Below are positions 22,829 to 35,500 of a stretch of DNA of 64,000 nucleotides, in pieces. The position numbers and the translations under genes are program-made. Numbering within the stretch: the first letter of the stretch is position 1; each line of letters begins with the position of its first letter. Below the pieces are notes generated by a model, which was not told the DNA's origin, ran no database searches, and was given only the letters and a program-made list of their open reading frames with translations. The stretch spans positions 1,364,001 to 1,428,000 of the forward strand of contig JANJGN010000041.1 in the NCBI GenBank assembly GCA_026770705.1, read 5' to 3'. Origin of the DNA: Isurus oxyrinchus. Taxonomy: Eukaryota.

Positions 22829-25800
22829 TAGCATAGTGGGGTTGATGTAATATTTAGAGAGCTGCGAATGCGTCTCCATATTAATAGATGTGTTAGACTG
22901 TAAGCATTTTACATGGCCAGGCGCTGGTCACCATAGCAATAGACTGTCAGAATTTTACAGGGTCAAGTGCCTGTTACTATAGTAATTAAGTAGGTAGACT
23001 GTCAATGGTTTACAGGACCATGAGCCCATTACTATAGTAATTGAGTGTGATTATTTTACAGGATCAGGAGCCTATGCCTATATTACTTGAGTGGTTAGAC
23101 CGTCAAAATTTTAAAGGACCAGGGGCTTGTCACTATAGCAATTGAATTGGTAGACTGACAGTATTTTAGAGCACCAGGCACCTATTACTAGAATAATAGC
23201 TTGGGTAAGCTCTGAGGATTGTACAGGGCCTGGCGCCTGTCACTATATTAATTGAATGGGGCGACTGTCAGTATTTTACAGGACCAAAGGCCTGTCACTG
23301 TAGAAATTGAGTGGGTAGACTATCAATATTTTACAGGGCCAGGCACCTGTCACTCGAGTCATAGATTGGGGAGGCTGTCAGCATTTAAGAGAATCAGGCT
23401 GCTGGCACGAGAGTAATTGAACAATCCGGTGGTCACTATTTTACAGGACCAGGCGTTTGTCACAATAGTAATAGAGAGGTTAGACTCTCAGTATGTTACA
23501 GGGTGATGCGCCTGTCACTATATGAATTAACGGGGATGTCTCTCAGTCTTTTGCAGGGCCAGGCACATGTTACTATAGTAATTGAATGTGTAGAATGTCA
23601 TTATTTTAATTTCCGAATTCCTAAGGATATCACAGCCGGCCCGAAAATTTAGTGAGTGGAGTCGGGGTCGGGCGTGGTTGTTTCTGGTTTGAAGGTGATG
23701 ACGCAGAATGAAGTGCGAAAGCAGTTCACTTTAACCGTGTGTGCGGGAACGTGAGTTTGGATAACTTGTCAGTGGAATTGTAGGCGAATGTTTGTTTACT
23801 CAGTATTAGTTACTCTCAGGAGGAGTGTCTCTGTGTTGAATTCTATTCCTGTCAGTAATTTTCTGATAGTGAGAACAAAATTGGCCGCAATCTGAGGCTG
23901 GCGATTGCACTATTGTTGTGGAGGAATATTGCTCTATCAGCCTGCTTCCGTTACTGTAAACAAGTGCTGGTTTCATTCGCTATCTGCCATTTTCTAAAAA
24001 GTGTAAGTGAGTGTAGCATTCCTTCAGCATTGTTCACAACGTTCATGCAGTAATCGAGTGTGACAGTGATTCCTAATCAGTTCATGGAGCCCCTTGTGTA
24101 TGTCGGTGCAATTGTCAGTGTGTGATTAACTTTTTATCATTCAGTACAACTCGATATGTGCACGGGGTGTCATTCTGATTCTGAATGCCTGTGGTTTTGC
24201 GTGCGTGTTGTTTTCTGTCTGCATCAATTATTCTCTGAAGCCATGCAAGAAATGTGACAGGGAGTTTCGCTAAAATAGTTTTTGAATTTCAGATTCACTT
24301 TGCATATTTCATTGAGCATTGGAGTTTCATTCTGTGTCGGTGCTTGATATTCATTCTTTGTCACTCCATTGTAACCTTTGTCTGCGATATGGCTATGTCA
24401 GGGTCGGGTCATATGAACATTTCATTTCGTTGTGCTCTGTGCATGCATGAGGTTCAACTTGTACTTGTCAGTATTAGACATGTAATTTTTGGCATCGACT
24501 CTGTGCCTGTCAAACGTGGACATGAGAATGAGAAATTAATTTTGTATCCCACAATAACTTACCTTTGGCCTGGGATTTAGTGATGATCCGAGGACGAGGT
24601 TGCTTGTGATATCAGCAAACGCCACTTGATGCACAATGGAGCTGCCATACAGGAGCTGCCAGTGACTGACTGGCCGGCAGCTCTCGATGGGCTGGGCTTC
24701 CACCGCTGCAATCCATTGAACATGGCGAACCTCCGACGTAATCAATTGAAGTGCCTGAGCGGCTTTAATGCAGCGGGACTTCCCTCAAGGAGATGACACA
24801 GGACGTACACCTGCTCTCTAGGTAACAGCTTGGACCTCCATCGTCTCCATTAAGTACTTCCCAGCGTACGGGAAAGGGGGTCATGGGCATAGGGAATCAT
24901 TGAGGGGGCTTTGTAAGGGTCTGGACAAGAGCACAGAGGACAGAGATTGTGGAAGATATTGAAGTATTGTGACAGGTGCTTACGAGCTTGGAATAGAATC
25001 AAAGGGATGAGAAGAAGGTTTAGTGTATGTCGCTGAGCGGAATGGAGGAGTCTCAGGAGATGTGGAATAAATTCAGTGAGGGGAGGAGTTGCAGTGTGTG
25101 GGGAGGTGGGATTACCGGAGGGGGGAGGGGTGTTTCACTGAGTCGGGAGGGGGGAGTAGGGGTGGGGAAATGGTTGACGGAACATTTCAGTAACTGAATA
25201 GTTTGGTCAGGGTGAGAGGAGTTGTTAAACTTCGTTGTAAGGGGAGCACAATTTGCGTTTGAAACGTGGTTGTTTTTAAGCAAACTCCTTTGCATGCAAG
25301 GTGATAATAAATCGCCCAGTTGTGCCTGTCTCCCTTTATTAAGGTGTTTCTCAGTCTTTCATGCTCGTCTTGGTCTCAATATCTCTCTCCCCCAGTTTCT
25401 CTTTATCTCTCTCTCTCTATCTTTGTCTCAAACACCGCTCCTTGTACTTCTCACTGACTGTCGATCTCATTCTGTTTTTATGGTTCCAATCTCGGATGGG
25501 TTCTTATTTCCATGTGTCATCCATGCCTATTACTAAATATATTTTCTCACGTGTCATGTTGCAGTGAAATATATTCCATCTTCATGATTCCATTCTCGAT
25601 GACAATGATTGCCGACTGTGTCAAGAATTGGGCAGAAAGCCGAAAGTCAGGAAAATATATGTATATTGGAATTTAAAACTGGTGAGACATTCGAGATAAA
25701 ATTGATGCTGCAGGAGTTTAAAGCTAATTAATAGATCCGTTACTTTCTTCTTAAATGGCAGTGGGCATTAAGGGCTGAATGGCTACTGCTTCGTTGAATA

Positions 25801-26297
25801 ATGATGCCCATGTGCCTGTGATCTGCTCGGTAAATTATCTGGAGGCTGCATTTTTATTATTATTCTTAACCCTGGCAGTTTGAGAATGCAACTGACACTG
25901 CCTTGTCAACATGCAAATGTACCATAAGTATTTGAAATTGTTGGAAGAAATTGCTGCTGAACTGCTGACTATATTTTAACATCGGGATCAAATGCGTTGG
26001 CGAAGGGTGCATCAGACCCAGGTTAAATAGCAGGGGAAGTGCAGGTCAAGAGACGACTAAATAATGGAAGGGGCTGAGAGGGAAAGTGGTAAGAAAAGAC
26101 ATGAGCTGAGTAAAGTTCATACGACGAGTACAGTAGGATAATGCAAGTACAGCAATAAATCTGTGAAAGGCGGGCAGGGAAAGGGGTTAATGCAGTGAGG
26201 TATTTACTGTGTAGTACAGGAAGCAATGTATACCCGGTAAGTGAGAATTCTAAGAACCCAGTTGTCATTAACCTATAACTTAAAAAAAAAACTCAAT

Positions 26298-26372
26298 GGA
26301 GAGAGGGAGAGAGAGAGAGCTGGAGAGAGGGAGAGAGAGAGAGAGAGACGGAGAGAGAGAGAGAGAGGGAGA
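26298..26372 (+). repeat. (GA)n microsatellite, imperfect
   Basis: Direct observation. Confidence 0.95.
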
Positions 26373-26399
26373 CTCTTTCATTGTTCCCGAGCTTACATT

Positions 26400-27400
26400 T
26401 ACCGAATGCACCCTAATTATCCCCATTCCTTCTCTGGTTCCCCTTTGTTAATTTTGTCTTGAGGATATATTCTTACTCCTTTCATTTATTACTTCATCAA
26501 TTATTTTCGAAGATTTTCTTTGCCTTCCTTCATTGCTATCTTTCCAAACACCGTGATTTTCTTTCATCGTCCTCTCCTTTATTCCCATTGAAGTTATTGC
26601 ATGTTCTTGACCTTATTTTCCATTTCTTGGTGTCCTCGCTTTATTCAGCCAGGAACTTTAATTATCAGATCATTTCCAATTGTTTTAATTGAATACATTA
26701 TTCCAGGCACAAAATAATGACGCCTAACTCTGTCTTTCCACTGCTATTCGCTCTTTATATAATGAATAATCTATTCCAATTTATCTGCACAAGCTGCATT
26801 CCCATTACCACAACATCAGCTCTTTACTATCTTTTATTATTTTGGCTTTTCTTTCCTTATATCTTTCATAATGTTTACCAAAATATCTAATTATATCCGG
26901 ATTTATAACGCCACTATTCAATCCTAAAAGGATATTTCAGACTCGCTTCAGTGATTTTTCAAAATCTAGATCTACGACCACTGCTTTGCTCAATTTCGCA
27001 TCCATGCAGCAAGCATTGCGTCCCATAAAACACGTTTAGTAGTCACTGTAAGTTTCCTCCAAGATTAGTTGGGCTGTAGAATGATTTGCATTAGTTTAAG
27101 GGACTCTCATCCTCCCTTGGCAGACCATCCTTTTTAATCCTGCGATGAAAATACGTCAGTTTTTATGCCATTAATTTCCCCTTTACTGTTATTCTGCTGA
27201 CGTGAAATTTGTTGAACCTATGTTCATGATTGACTGATGAATTCCTGTGCATGCCTGGCATGTTGAGCTCCCCTTTCACTGCAAATACTGATGGAATGTA
27301 GTTAATCAGCATATTTGCCACCTCCTTATTATCGATCACAATTTCGCCATTATCAGATGTATCTTGCTTAACATTGCGTCTTGCTATCCTTTTCCTAGAA
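26400..27400 (-). mobile_element. CR1 LINE ORF2 fragment (linker region)
   Basis: Minus-strand DNGEIVIDNKEVANMLINYIPSVFAVK (cf. GEIIMGNKEMAEELNKYFASVFT). Confidence 0.8.
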
Positions 27401-27569
27401 ACATGGGTCATCGGTGGAGAATTATGCCGTTTGGCACTTCGATTGTGCTCCACCATTCAATAGCATCATGAAAGGTCATGTGGCTTAACGTTGTGCTCTC
27501 GCGCTCTCCCCCATGTCCCCTCTGACTTTCGTTGCAGGCACATATTTCCTTTATAAGTATGTGGCCAAC

Positions 27570-28560
27570 ACAGTCCACTGTGGTCGAGAATTCCATATAT
27601 CCACCGCACTATGAGTGAATAATTTTGTCCTCATCTCACTCCAAGCGGCTTAGACCGTAACAAGATATTGTCAAGCATTTTTATCGACCCCTCAGGCGGA
27701 GGAAAAACCACTAAAACATCCCGTCATGTCCTTCCTCACAGAATGTTATACGTTCCAATGATATCCCCTCTGATTCACCTATATTCCAGTAAATACAGGC
27801 GGAACCGGCCCACTTGCTCCTGATTGGACAATCCTGATAACCCATGAATCATTCAGCTGCATATTCACTGCACTCCCTCTGTGGAAATACATTATTGTTT
27901 AGGGATGGAGACCAAAACTGCGCTCAAAACACCAGTTGTGCTCTCACCAATTACACAGTAAAGCTTGTGCCACTGCCTAAGCCCTCTCAGAACGAAGGCC
28001 AAAATATTATTTACCTTCTTTACTTCATCCTGCACATTCTATTTTTTTAATTCATTGGTTTACAAAGGCTACCATGTCCTTCTAAAGAGCAACAATTTCC
28101 AATCTGTCATCATCTTCAAAATGTTTCTAACATTCCACTTTCCCACCAAAGTCTATAATTTAACATTTACCACGTTCGACTGCATCTTGCATTAATGTCT
28201 CACTCACCTGATCTTCCTACATCGCCTTGAACCTTTTATTCTCACGAAGTTTCCTGCCCTCTGCAAATTTGGAAATATTACATTTGTTTCCCTCATCCAA
28301 TCCATTGGCATATATTGTGAATGGCTGGGGCCCCAACACTGACCGCTGTGCTATGCCACTAGTCAGCGTCTGCCCCTCGGAAACTTACCCGTGTCTTACT
28401 ATTCTACCTTTTCTGTCTGCTCACCAATACTTAATCCCTGCCAATATTTTACCACCAATGGCATGTGCTTTAATGTTGCATAGTAAGCTCTTAGTTGGGA
28501 GTTTAACACAAGCTTTCTGAACGTCCTAAAACAGCGCTTGCATTCTTCCCCACTTATCGT
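27570..28560 (-). mobile_element. CR1 LINE RT fragment
   Basis: Minus strand reads SGIAQRSVLGPQPFTIYANGLDEGNKCNISKFA (cf. [31 protein letters not shown]) and the QFWSP motif near 27910. Confidence 0.85.
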
Positions 28561-29339
28561 AAATGATAGTTACATGTCATTGTAAATGTTTTAAATGGTG
28601 GTTTTAGTATTAATTGCAAGTTTCTTAAAATATTGTCACTTTGTTATTCTTCCATTCTGCTCTGTCACCATTTGCCACTCGTTGTATTTTTCCCAAGCTC
28701 CAGGATCTCTGATTTATGCATTTATTTACGCTTTTAAAAAAAAATAGTTTCATGTTATTCTTGACTCCTACTGATCCATAGATTTTTTTTTAGCATTAGC
28801 TGCTTCAGACATTGCGTTCTACATTGGAAACTTTAACCAGTTAAATTATCTTTCCCCAGCCCTAAATATAATTTGTCCTTCCCCTTCACGTGTTTTCCCC
28901 CATGTTGTTTGTCAGAGAGATAGTTATCGCAGGCACCCTCAAGAATCTTCACAGTTTTCCTGCTTTTGCTGGTCAACGTATTATAATCTTCCTGCATTGA
29001 CAATGATGTACCTAAAGCAAAGATAACGTTAATAGCTAGAAAACAACTGATATTTATGGAAAAGGAATGGGTCTCAGGAAGGATTATTATGAAAAGTATT
29101 GAACAGCAAGAGATAGCATAAAGACATGAATTTTTTTCAATGGAACAATGGAATTCAGAATAATATTCTGCCTAAAATTCAAGATAAATCTGATCGCAAT
29201 AAATCGTGATGTGCAAAAGCCACACCTTTCAACAGAATTTAATCTAACAAGGAAAGTTTTCCACCAAGCACAATGAACAGAAAGAATACTACAACAAAGC
29301 AGAACGGGAAATAAAGATTACTCAACCGCAGTTCACTGA

Positions 29340-31295
29340 AGTGCATGTCAGGAGCAGTTTCAGGCATACCTAAACGTGTTGTCAGCCCTGAAGCTATCAA
29401 ACAGGATTACCTTCGTGTCAAACAACATACTCAACAATTGATAGACAGAGCTCAGCGACCTGACATCAAACGGATCTGTTCTAAGATCTGCAGCACTGCC
29501 ACATCCAGCCGTGAATTGAGGTAGATACTTAAACAACTCAATGGAGGAGGTGGCTCCACGAATATTCCCAACCTTAATGAAGGAGAAGCCCAAAACAATA
29601 GTGCAACAGATAAGTCTGACCCATACTCAGGAATCTACAGCCAGAAGTGCCGAGTGAATGATCCATCTCGTCCCCCCTCTGGAGGGCCCCAGCATCACAT
29701 ATACCAGACTTCACACAATTCGATTCCCTGCACGTGATATCAAGAAACGACTGAACGCATTGGATATTGCAAAGGCTATGTGCCTGACAACATTCCGGCA
29801 ATTGCACTGAGGACTTGTGCTCCAGGACTTCCCGCACCCCTAACTAAGCTTTTGCACTACAGCTACAACACGGGCATTCATCCGGCTATGTTGAAGTTCG
29901 CCCAGCAATGTCCAGTAGACACAGAATCAAGACAAATCCAATCCGACCAATGCCGCCCCTTCAGTCTACTGTCCATCATCAGTAAACTAATGGAAGGGAA
30001 CATCAAAACTGCTATCAAACGGCACTTGCTCAGCAATAACCTGCTCAATGATGGCAAATTCGCGTCCCGCCAGGGCAATTCAGCTCCTGAAGGCGATAGA
30101 GCCTTGGTTCAAACTTGGGCAAAAAAGATGATACCCCAAGGATGGTGAGAATTGTTGCCCTTGACTTCAACGCAGCATTTGACTGAGTGTCGATTGAAGC
30201 AGACCAAGTAAAACTCAAGTCAATTCGATTCAGGGGCAAAAAGCATCACGTGTTTGAGTCACACCGAACACAAACGAAGATCGTTGTGGTTGTTGCAGAT
30301 CAGTTATTTCAGCTTCAGGGGAACACTGCAGGATTTCCTCAGGGTATTGCCCACGGTCCAACCATCCTCAACTGCTTTATAAAATATCTTCCACTCATAA
30401 TATGGTCAGAAGTAGGCATGTTCGCTAATGATTGCACAATGTTCAGCGCAGTTGTCATTTCCTGAGATCCTGAAGAAGTCCATTTCTAAAAGCAGCAAGC
30501 CATGGACAATATCCAGGCTTTGGCTGACAAGTGACAATAACTATCGCGTCACACAAGTGTCAGGCATTGAACTTATCTAACAAGATAAAATCCAACCATC
30601 GCCCCTTCACGTCACTGGCGTTATCATCATTGAAAACACCACTTCCAGCATCCTGGGGATAACATTGACCAGAAGCTGAACTGAACTATCGACATTAAAA
30701 TTGTGTCTACAAGACGAGGTCAGAGACTAGGAATTGTGCGATGAGTAACTCGCCTCCTGACCCCCCAAAGCCAGTTTACCACCTACAAGCACAAGGCGGG
30801 TGTGTGATGGAATACTCCTCTGGATGAGTTCAACTCCTAAAACACTGAAGAAGCTGGACACTATCCAGGACAAAGCAGCCCCGCTTGATTGGCACCATAG
30901 CCACAAATGTTCACTCCCTCCACCACCGAAGCACATTAGCAGCAGTCTGTACCATATATAAGATGTACTGCAGTAATTCACCAGGATCGTTAGACAGCAA
31001 ACTCCAAATGCACGTCCGCTAGCGTCTATAAGGGAAAGGGCAGCAGATTGATCGGGTCACCACCACCTGGAAGTTACTCTCCAAACCACCCACCATACTG
31101 ACTTTGAAATAAATCGCAGTTGCTTCACATATATTGCAGTTCCTTCACTTCCTAACTGCACTGTGTGTGTACGTGTATGACTTGCGCTGCAGGGTTGAAG
31201 AAGGAAACGCACCACCACCGTCTCAAAGACAATTATGGGTGGGAAATAAATGGTGACACAGACAGCAAATCCGACATACCTGGAATGAATAAAAA
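29340..31295 (+). mobile_element. CR1-clade LINE (second family), 5'-truncated, RT through 3' tail, degenerate
   Basis: RPFSLLSIISKLMEG, GFPQGIAHGPTILNCFI, GMFANDCTMF (FADD motif); tail 'catacctggaatgaataaaaaa'. Confidence 0.9.
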
Positions 31296-31599
31296 ATAAT
31301 ATCAGCATTATCATATTAATTGGCACTGCAATATCGACGGCCAAATGGGATGCCGTTGCTTGTATTTCTGATATTTGAATGCCTGCGACCTTCTTTGCTC
31401 TTTCAATCGTCTTGGTTTCTCTTTTCCATTATTTCTGACAGTCTATCTCTGTAACTGAGCCTACTTTTCGCAGATTCAAACTTTATCTGATAGATTGGAA
31501 TGAATGATTACCAATTGCTGCCGATCGACTGCTCAGGGATTAACATGAAGGCCTAATGCCTCAGGGAAGTCTGCATCATCGGCAGACTAAATAACATGA

Positions 31600-32235
31600 T
31601 TTTCTTTCCCCCCCCAGAAATCATGACGAAGCGGCGGAGGCTCTGAAGGAAACATGTTAGCAAAGCGATGGAATAAATGAAATCTAAAGGATAATTATGA
31701 TGTTGGACATCAACTGCAACACTTACCCTGGCAGGGAGAGATTGGGAATAACGGGTAATCTAGGGGGTATGTTTTTGTATGTTAAATAAAATCCTTACCC
31801 AGTTGAAAGAAGACCCGCCAATATTGTGCTGAAGAATTTGGATTTCGAATATTAATCGCCGGAGAAATTCATAATTATTTAAGTGTAAATGAGAACATCA
31901 TCTATCAGAAATTAGTAGCTTGTTCTGACAAGGATTCGGAAGGCAATCAGAAGAAAGAAAGTCCAAAAAAATTGATTCGGATGAAAAAACTTATTCAAGC
32001 AATGGGTAAATAATTTGTGCCATCAAAGTGCAATAGAATATTTACGAACAGCGCTGAAAATATTTTGAAAACGGTCAATAGGAGAATTAATCAGGAGAAA
32101 TAAATTCAACAAAAGAGAAAACAAAATAGTCAAAAATACAACCAGCTGGATGAATCAATTTAGCAGAACAAGAGTAAATTTATAGCCTGATGAATGCAGT
32201 AAGTACGGTGTTAATAAAGTAGAGGATGACGAAAA
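31600..32235 (+). mobile_element. Very degenerate CR1 endonuclease/linker fragment
   Basis: Remnants resembling IIMGDFN and YV..PTR..ILDLVL motifs; heavily mutated. Confidence 0.45.
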
Positions 32236-32839
32236 GCAGGTCTCTCTCTCTCTCTCTCTCTTCCTGTTTCTTCTGGCCGCACTTCTAAGACAAAATTAAT
32301 TTTGTGTCATTTAACTGCACACAAGCACAGCAAACGCACAGAACGTTTTAAAGCGATGTCCTCAGCTTTTACAACCCCGGCAAGATTTCCTTTCTGTCAT
32401 TAATTACGAGGAAAGTTCTGTCCCTTCCTGCCGCATGTCACGTCTGACAGTAATGTCCATTAGGGCTCGACCAGTCCGGTCAGGCGTGGCGTTACCGATA
32501 CATTCTTGATGAGCAACATTCAAGGCTCTTCCAGCTCCGCCCTTAAACTAGATGACATCCTGCGCCCCGTTGTTTTCAGATGTCTCCCAATTGTTGAGTG
32601 ACATGGAGGAGAACAGGTTTATCAGCCGAGGGGCGTGGTGGGGGGTGGGGGTGAGGGGGAGTTGATGAGGTGGGGAGGAATCAGAATGAGGCGTCCTTGT
32701 CTATCTTCAGACTCATGACACAAGGGTTTGGGCGGTGGGGATCAGGAATCAACTGGAAACTTTGTTTCCTGAGTTTCATGTGTTGGCTCAAGAACTCATG
32801 AATGCTGTAGGCAAGGTTGAGAATTCCATTATTATTTAT

Positions 32840-33160
32840 TTAAACTTAAATTGGCGAGGTCAGCATTTATTAATTGCCCTTGTTCAGAGGCAAATTTCAA
32901 GAGTCAGCCACATTGCTATGCGTCTGGAGTCACATGTGGACCAGACCAGCAGATTCCCTTCCCTGAAGAGCACTAGTGACCCAGATAGGCTTTTATGACA
33001 ATTGTTTCCTTGGTCAATGTTGACATCTTTAGCTCCAGATACTTAATAAATTCAAATTCCACCATCTGCCGTGGCAGGAATCGTATCGGGTCCCCATCGC
33101 TTTAGCATGGGTTCCTGGCTTACCAGCCCATTTTCAATACCACAATGCCACTACCGCCTG
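32840..33160 (-). mobile_element. Shark SINE (Deu-domain-like), same family as 22475-22828
   Basis: 'ccacattgctatgcgtctggagtcacatgtggaccagacc...cccttccctgaagagcactagtgaccc' is the reverse complement of the core; tRNA-like head near 33060-33160. Confidence 0.8.
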
Positions 33161-33699
33161 CCATGTTCAACCAATGTGCCTTCAGATCTTGAGGGTCTGT
33201 CTGGCAGAACGTACGCAGGGATGGCAACGGGTGAACCTAGGGCATTAACCATAAGTTATGACACTATGGGGTTGACTTTTTTGGATCTACAGGAAGCCAG
33301 TGGAACTCCACCATATCCTGACCTCCCGTCACTCCCTGTCGATAGGGTGATACACCGATCTGAGTGAGAGATGCGACACAGGTAAGGAGCGGTGTTCAAC
33401 GCAGCCAGATTTATGCACATGATTCAAAAAGCAGTGGGTCATTGGCCATTAGACCTACAGAAGGTAGCAGAGCCTGAACGACAGAAATTCCCGTTCGCTT
33501 CAGTCGGAGCCTCGGGCGGGTCTCACGGTGGGACATCCTGCCTCTGGGTTACCAAAGAGGTTGGCAGCACCTGAACATGGAGGGAAGCTTTAATTTCCTG
33601 TTCGGGCTGGATATGTCACTATCATTACATGGGAGTCTTCCACCCACGATAGGGACTGGGAAAAAGAAAGAAAAAGCTCATTACTGACACTGGTCAGAA

Positions 33700-34190
33700 C
33701 CACTGGGCACCCACTTGCACCTGAAACAGATGTGGGCTAAAGTGCGCACAGGGAGATGAGAACTGTGCGCAGTGAAGCATATGTGGTCCAACCGAGGGAT
33801 ATGGAGACAGAACTGTTGATAATGCTCGGATTGTGTTCTAACACAGTGGTATGGAAAAATACAACTGTGCACAATCACCAAGTGTGGTCTAAGCAAGGAA
33901 TACGGGGACCAGAACTGTGCTCAGTGTTCAGAGAGTGTTCTAACCGGGAGATATGGAGACCAGAAATGTGCGTTGTGATCAACATGTGGTCTAATAGAGT
34001 GATATGGAGGACAGTACTGTGCACAGCCCTCTATGTGTGTTCTAAGCGAGGGATATTGAGATTCGAACTGTGCACTGTGCTCTACGTAAGCTCTAAACGA
34101 GAGCTATGGAGACCACGGTTGTGCACAATACTCCATAATTGGTCTAACCAAGGGATAAAGAGTCCAGAACTATGCACAAATCAGTATGAT
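33700..34190 (+). repeat. 51-bp minisatellite derived from CR1 RT C-terminal motif (~9-10 units)
   Basis: Unit near ggagaccagaactgtgcacagtgctccaggtgtggtctaaccgagggatat; agaact-like motif at 33911/33962/34013. Confidence 0.9.
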
Positions 34191-35219
34191 GCAGCTTATG
34201 GAGCAACTTCATGAAATTTAACACGATGCCTCAAGGCAGCATTGTAGAAAAAGGATTTTACACAGTCAAACAACAGGTATAAGTGGCAGATGATCCAACG
34301 CTCACTTGAAGAGGTTTGATTGAAGGGCCATCACCAGGGAGGAGAGAGGAGTGGATAGCTTTGCAATGGGAAGTCCCAGCCTTAGTCCAAATCAGCTTAA
34401 GGCATGGTGCCAAAAGGCAGGCCAGTTAATATTTCAGAATGGAATGGAGGACAGAACTGGTTGGGCACATCTGGAAGGGCTTTTGGGCTAAAGAAGATTA
34501 CAGAGAGACAGAGGGACAGATGGAGAGATTGGGAAACATTATGTACGACTAATTCAAGATATCGGCAAGGGGCAGCATTTGCATGGGAAATACGAGGTGT
34601 CTGAGGAAATCTCCTTCGTTGTTGATAGTTGAGGTTGGGTCATTAAAAATAAAGTGGCCAGTTTTTGAAAAAGGCTCACATTGAGTCTGATTGCATCCTG
34701 TTTGGTAAGGAGTTTAATGGTCATGGAACAAATGTTGTCCAATGATATTAAGACTTCTGCCAGGCGTGATCCAATTGAATGGGAGTACATGTTTGAGGGG
34801 CTTCAAGGCCTTCTCCTGTTCCTGCGAATGTTTCTAGAGTTTGGCAACTGTGAGATTACCCCCCTCGATACTTACCGATAAGCTTGGATTTCAGCAGCAC
34901 CAGCAGTCAAAGCACCAATAGCAGTGATTTCCAAATCATCCACCGAGCGCCCCAGAATTACAATGAGATGACTGTTGTACGGATGCAGTTTATATGAACC
35001 GAGAGAGGGTTATGACGCTATTAACCGCAGACACACTTTGAGGATTGACTGAACCTTGCACACTTCAAAGGAAAACTTCACTACCTGAGACTGACAGTAA
35101 CTGGAATACACGTCTAATTGAGCCTCACAAACCGGCGTTTATTAATCAACAGAGGCACTGGCATGTGCCTCTGTTGAACAGGTGAAGGATTGAAGGATTT
35201 CTTCTCTGAGAAAAATATA

Positions 35220-35500
35220 GAATCATTCAGCAGTGATGAGGGCCATTTGGACCATCTGCTCTCTGCTGCTTCATTGAGAGGTTTACAGAATTACGACCCC
35301 TCCATAACTTTTTTTCCCCCATCGCCCTGCCATTATTTTCCTTGTCAATTATTGATATAATTCCCCTTTTGAAAGTTGCTATTGAATCTCCTTCTTTTAC
35401 GTTTTCGGGCAGCACATTCCAGATTACAACAACTCGCTGTTTCATAAAGTCATTCTCTTCATCTTCCCTCCAATTACTTTGTGAATTATCATCAATATAT
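35220..35500 (-). mobile_element. CR1 LINE 3' end
   Basis: QRVVVIWNVLPENVKEGDSIATFKR and tail GPNGP ('gggccatttggaccatc'). Confidence 0.85.

Larger units (their letters stand above)
14540..23610 (+). repeat. Diverged satellite, 55-57 bp unit composed of two related 27-28 bp halves; several sequential subfamilies
   Basis: Consensus near gggagactgtcactcaggttacagagccaggggccagtcagtatagtaattgatt (14.8-18.3 kb), ...ctgtcagtatgtttacagagcc...ctgtcactatagtaatagagt (18.3-22.5 kb), ...ctgtcagtattttacagggccaggcgcctgtcactatagtaattgagtgg (22.9-23.6 kb); ctgtc at 23237/23292/23347 gives a 55 bp period. Confidence 0.95.

Noticed and set aside
14800-23600. RSS-like heptamers (cactgtg/cacagtg variants) suggesting antigen-receptor segments
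   Set aside because: No heptamer-spacer-nonamer pairs or V/J coding segments were seen; the motifs come from the satellite unit.
14540-23610. CRISPR-like regular repeats
   Set aside because: Units are contiguous and degenerate with no unique spacers and no cas genes; this is eukaryotic satellite DNA.
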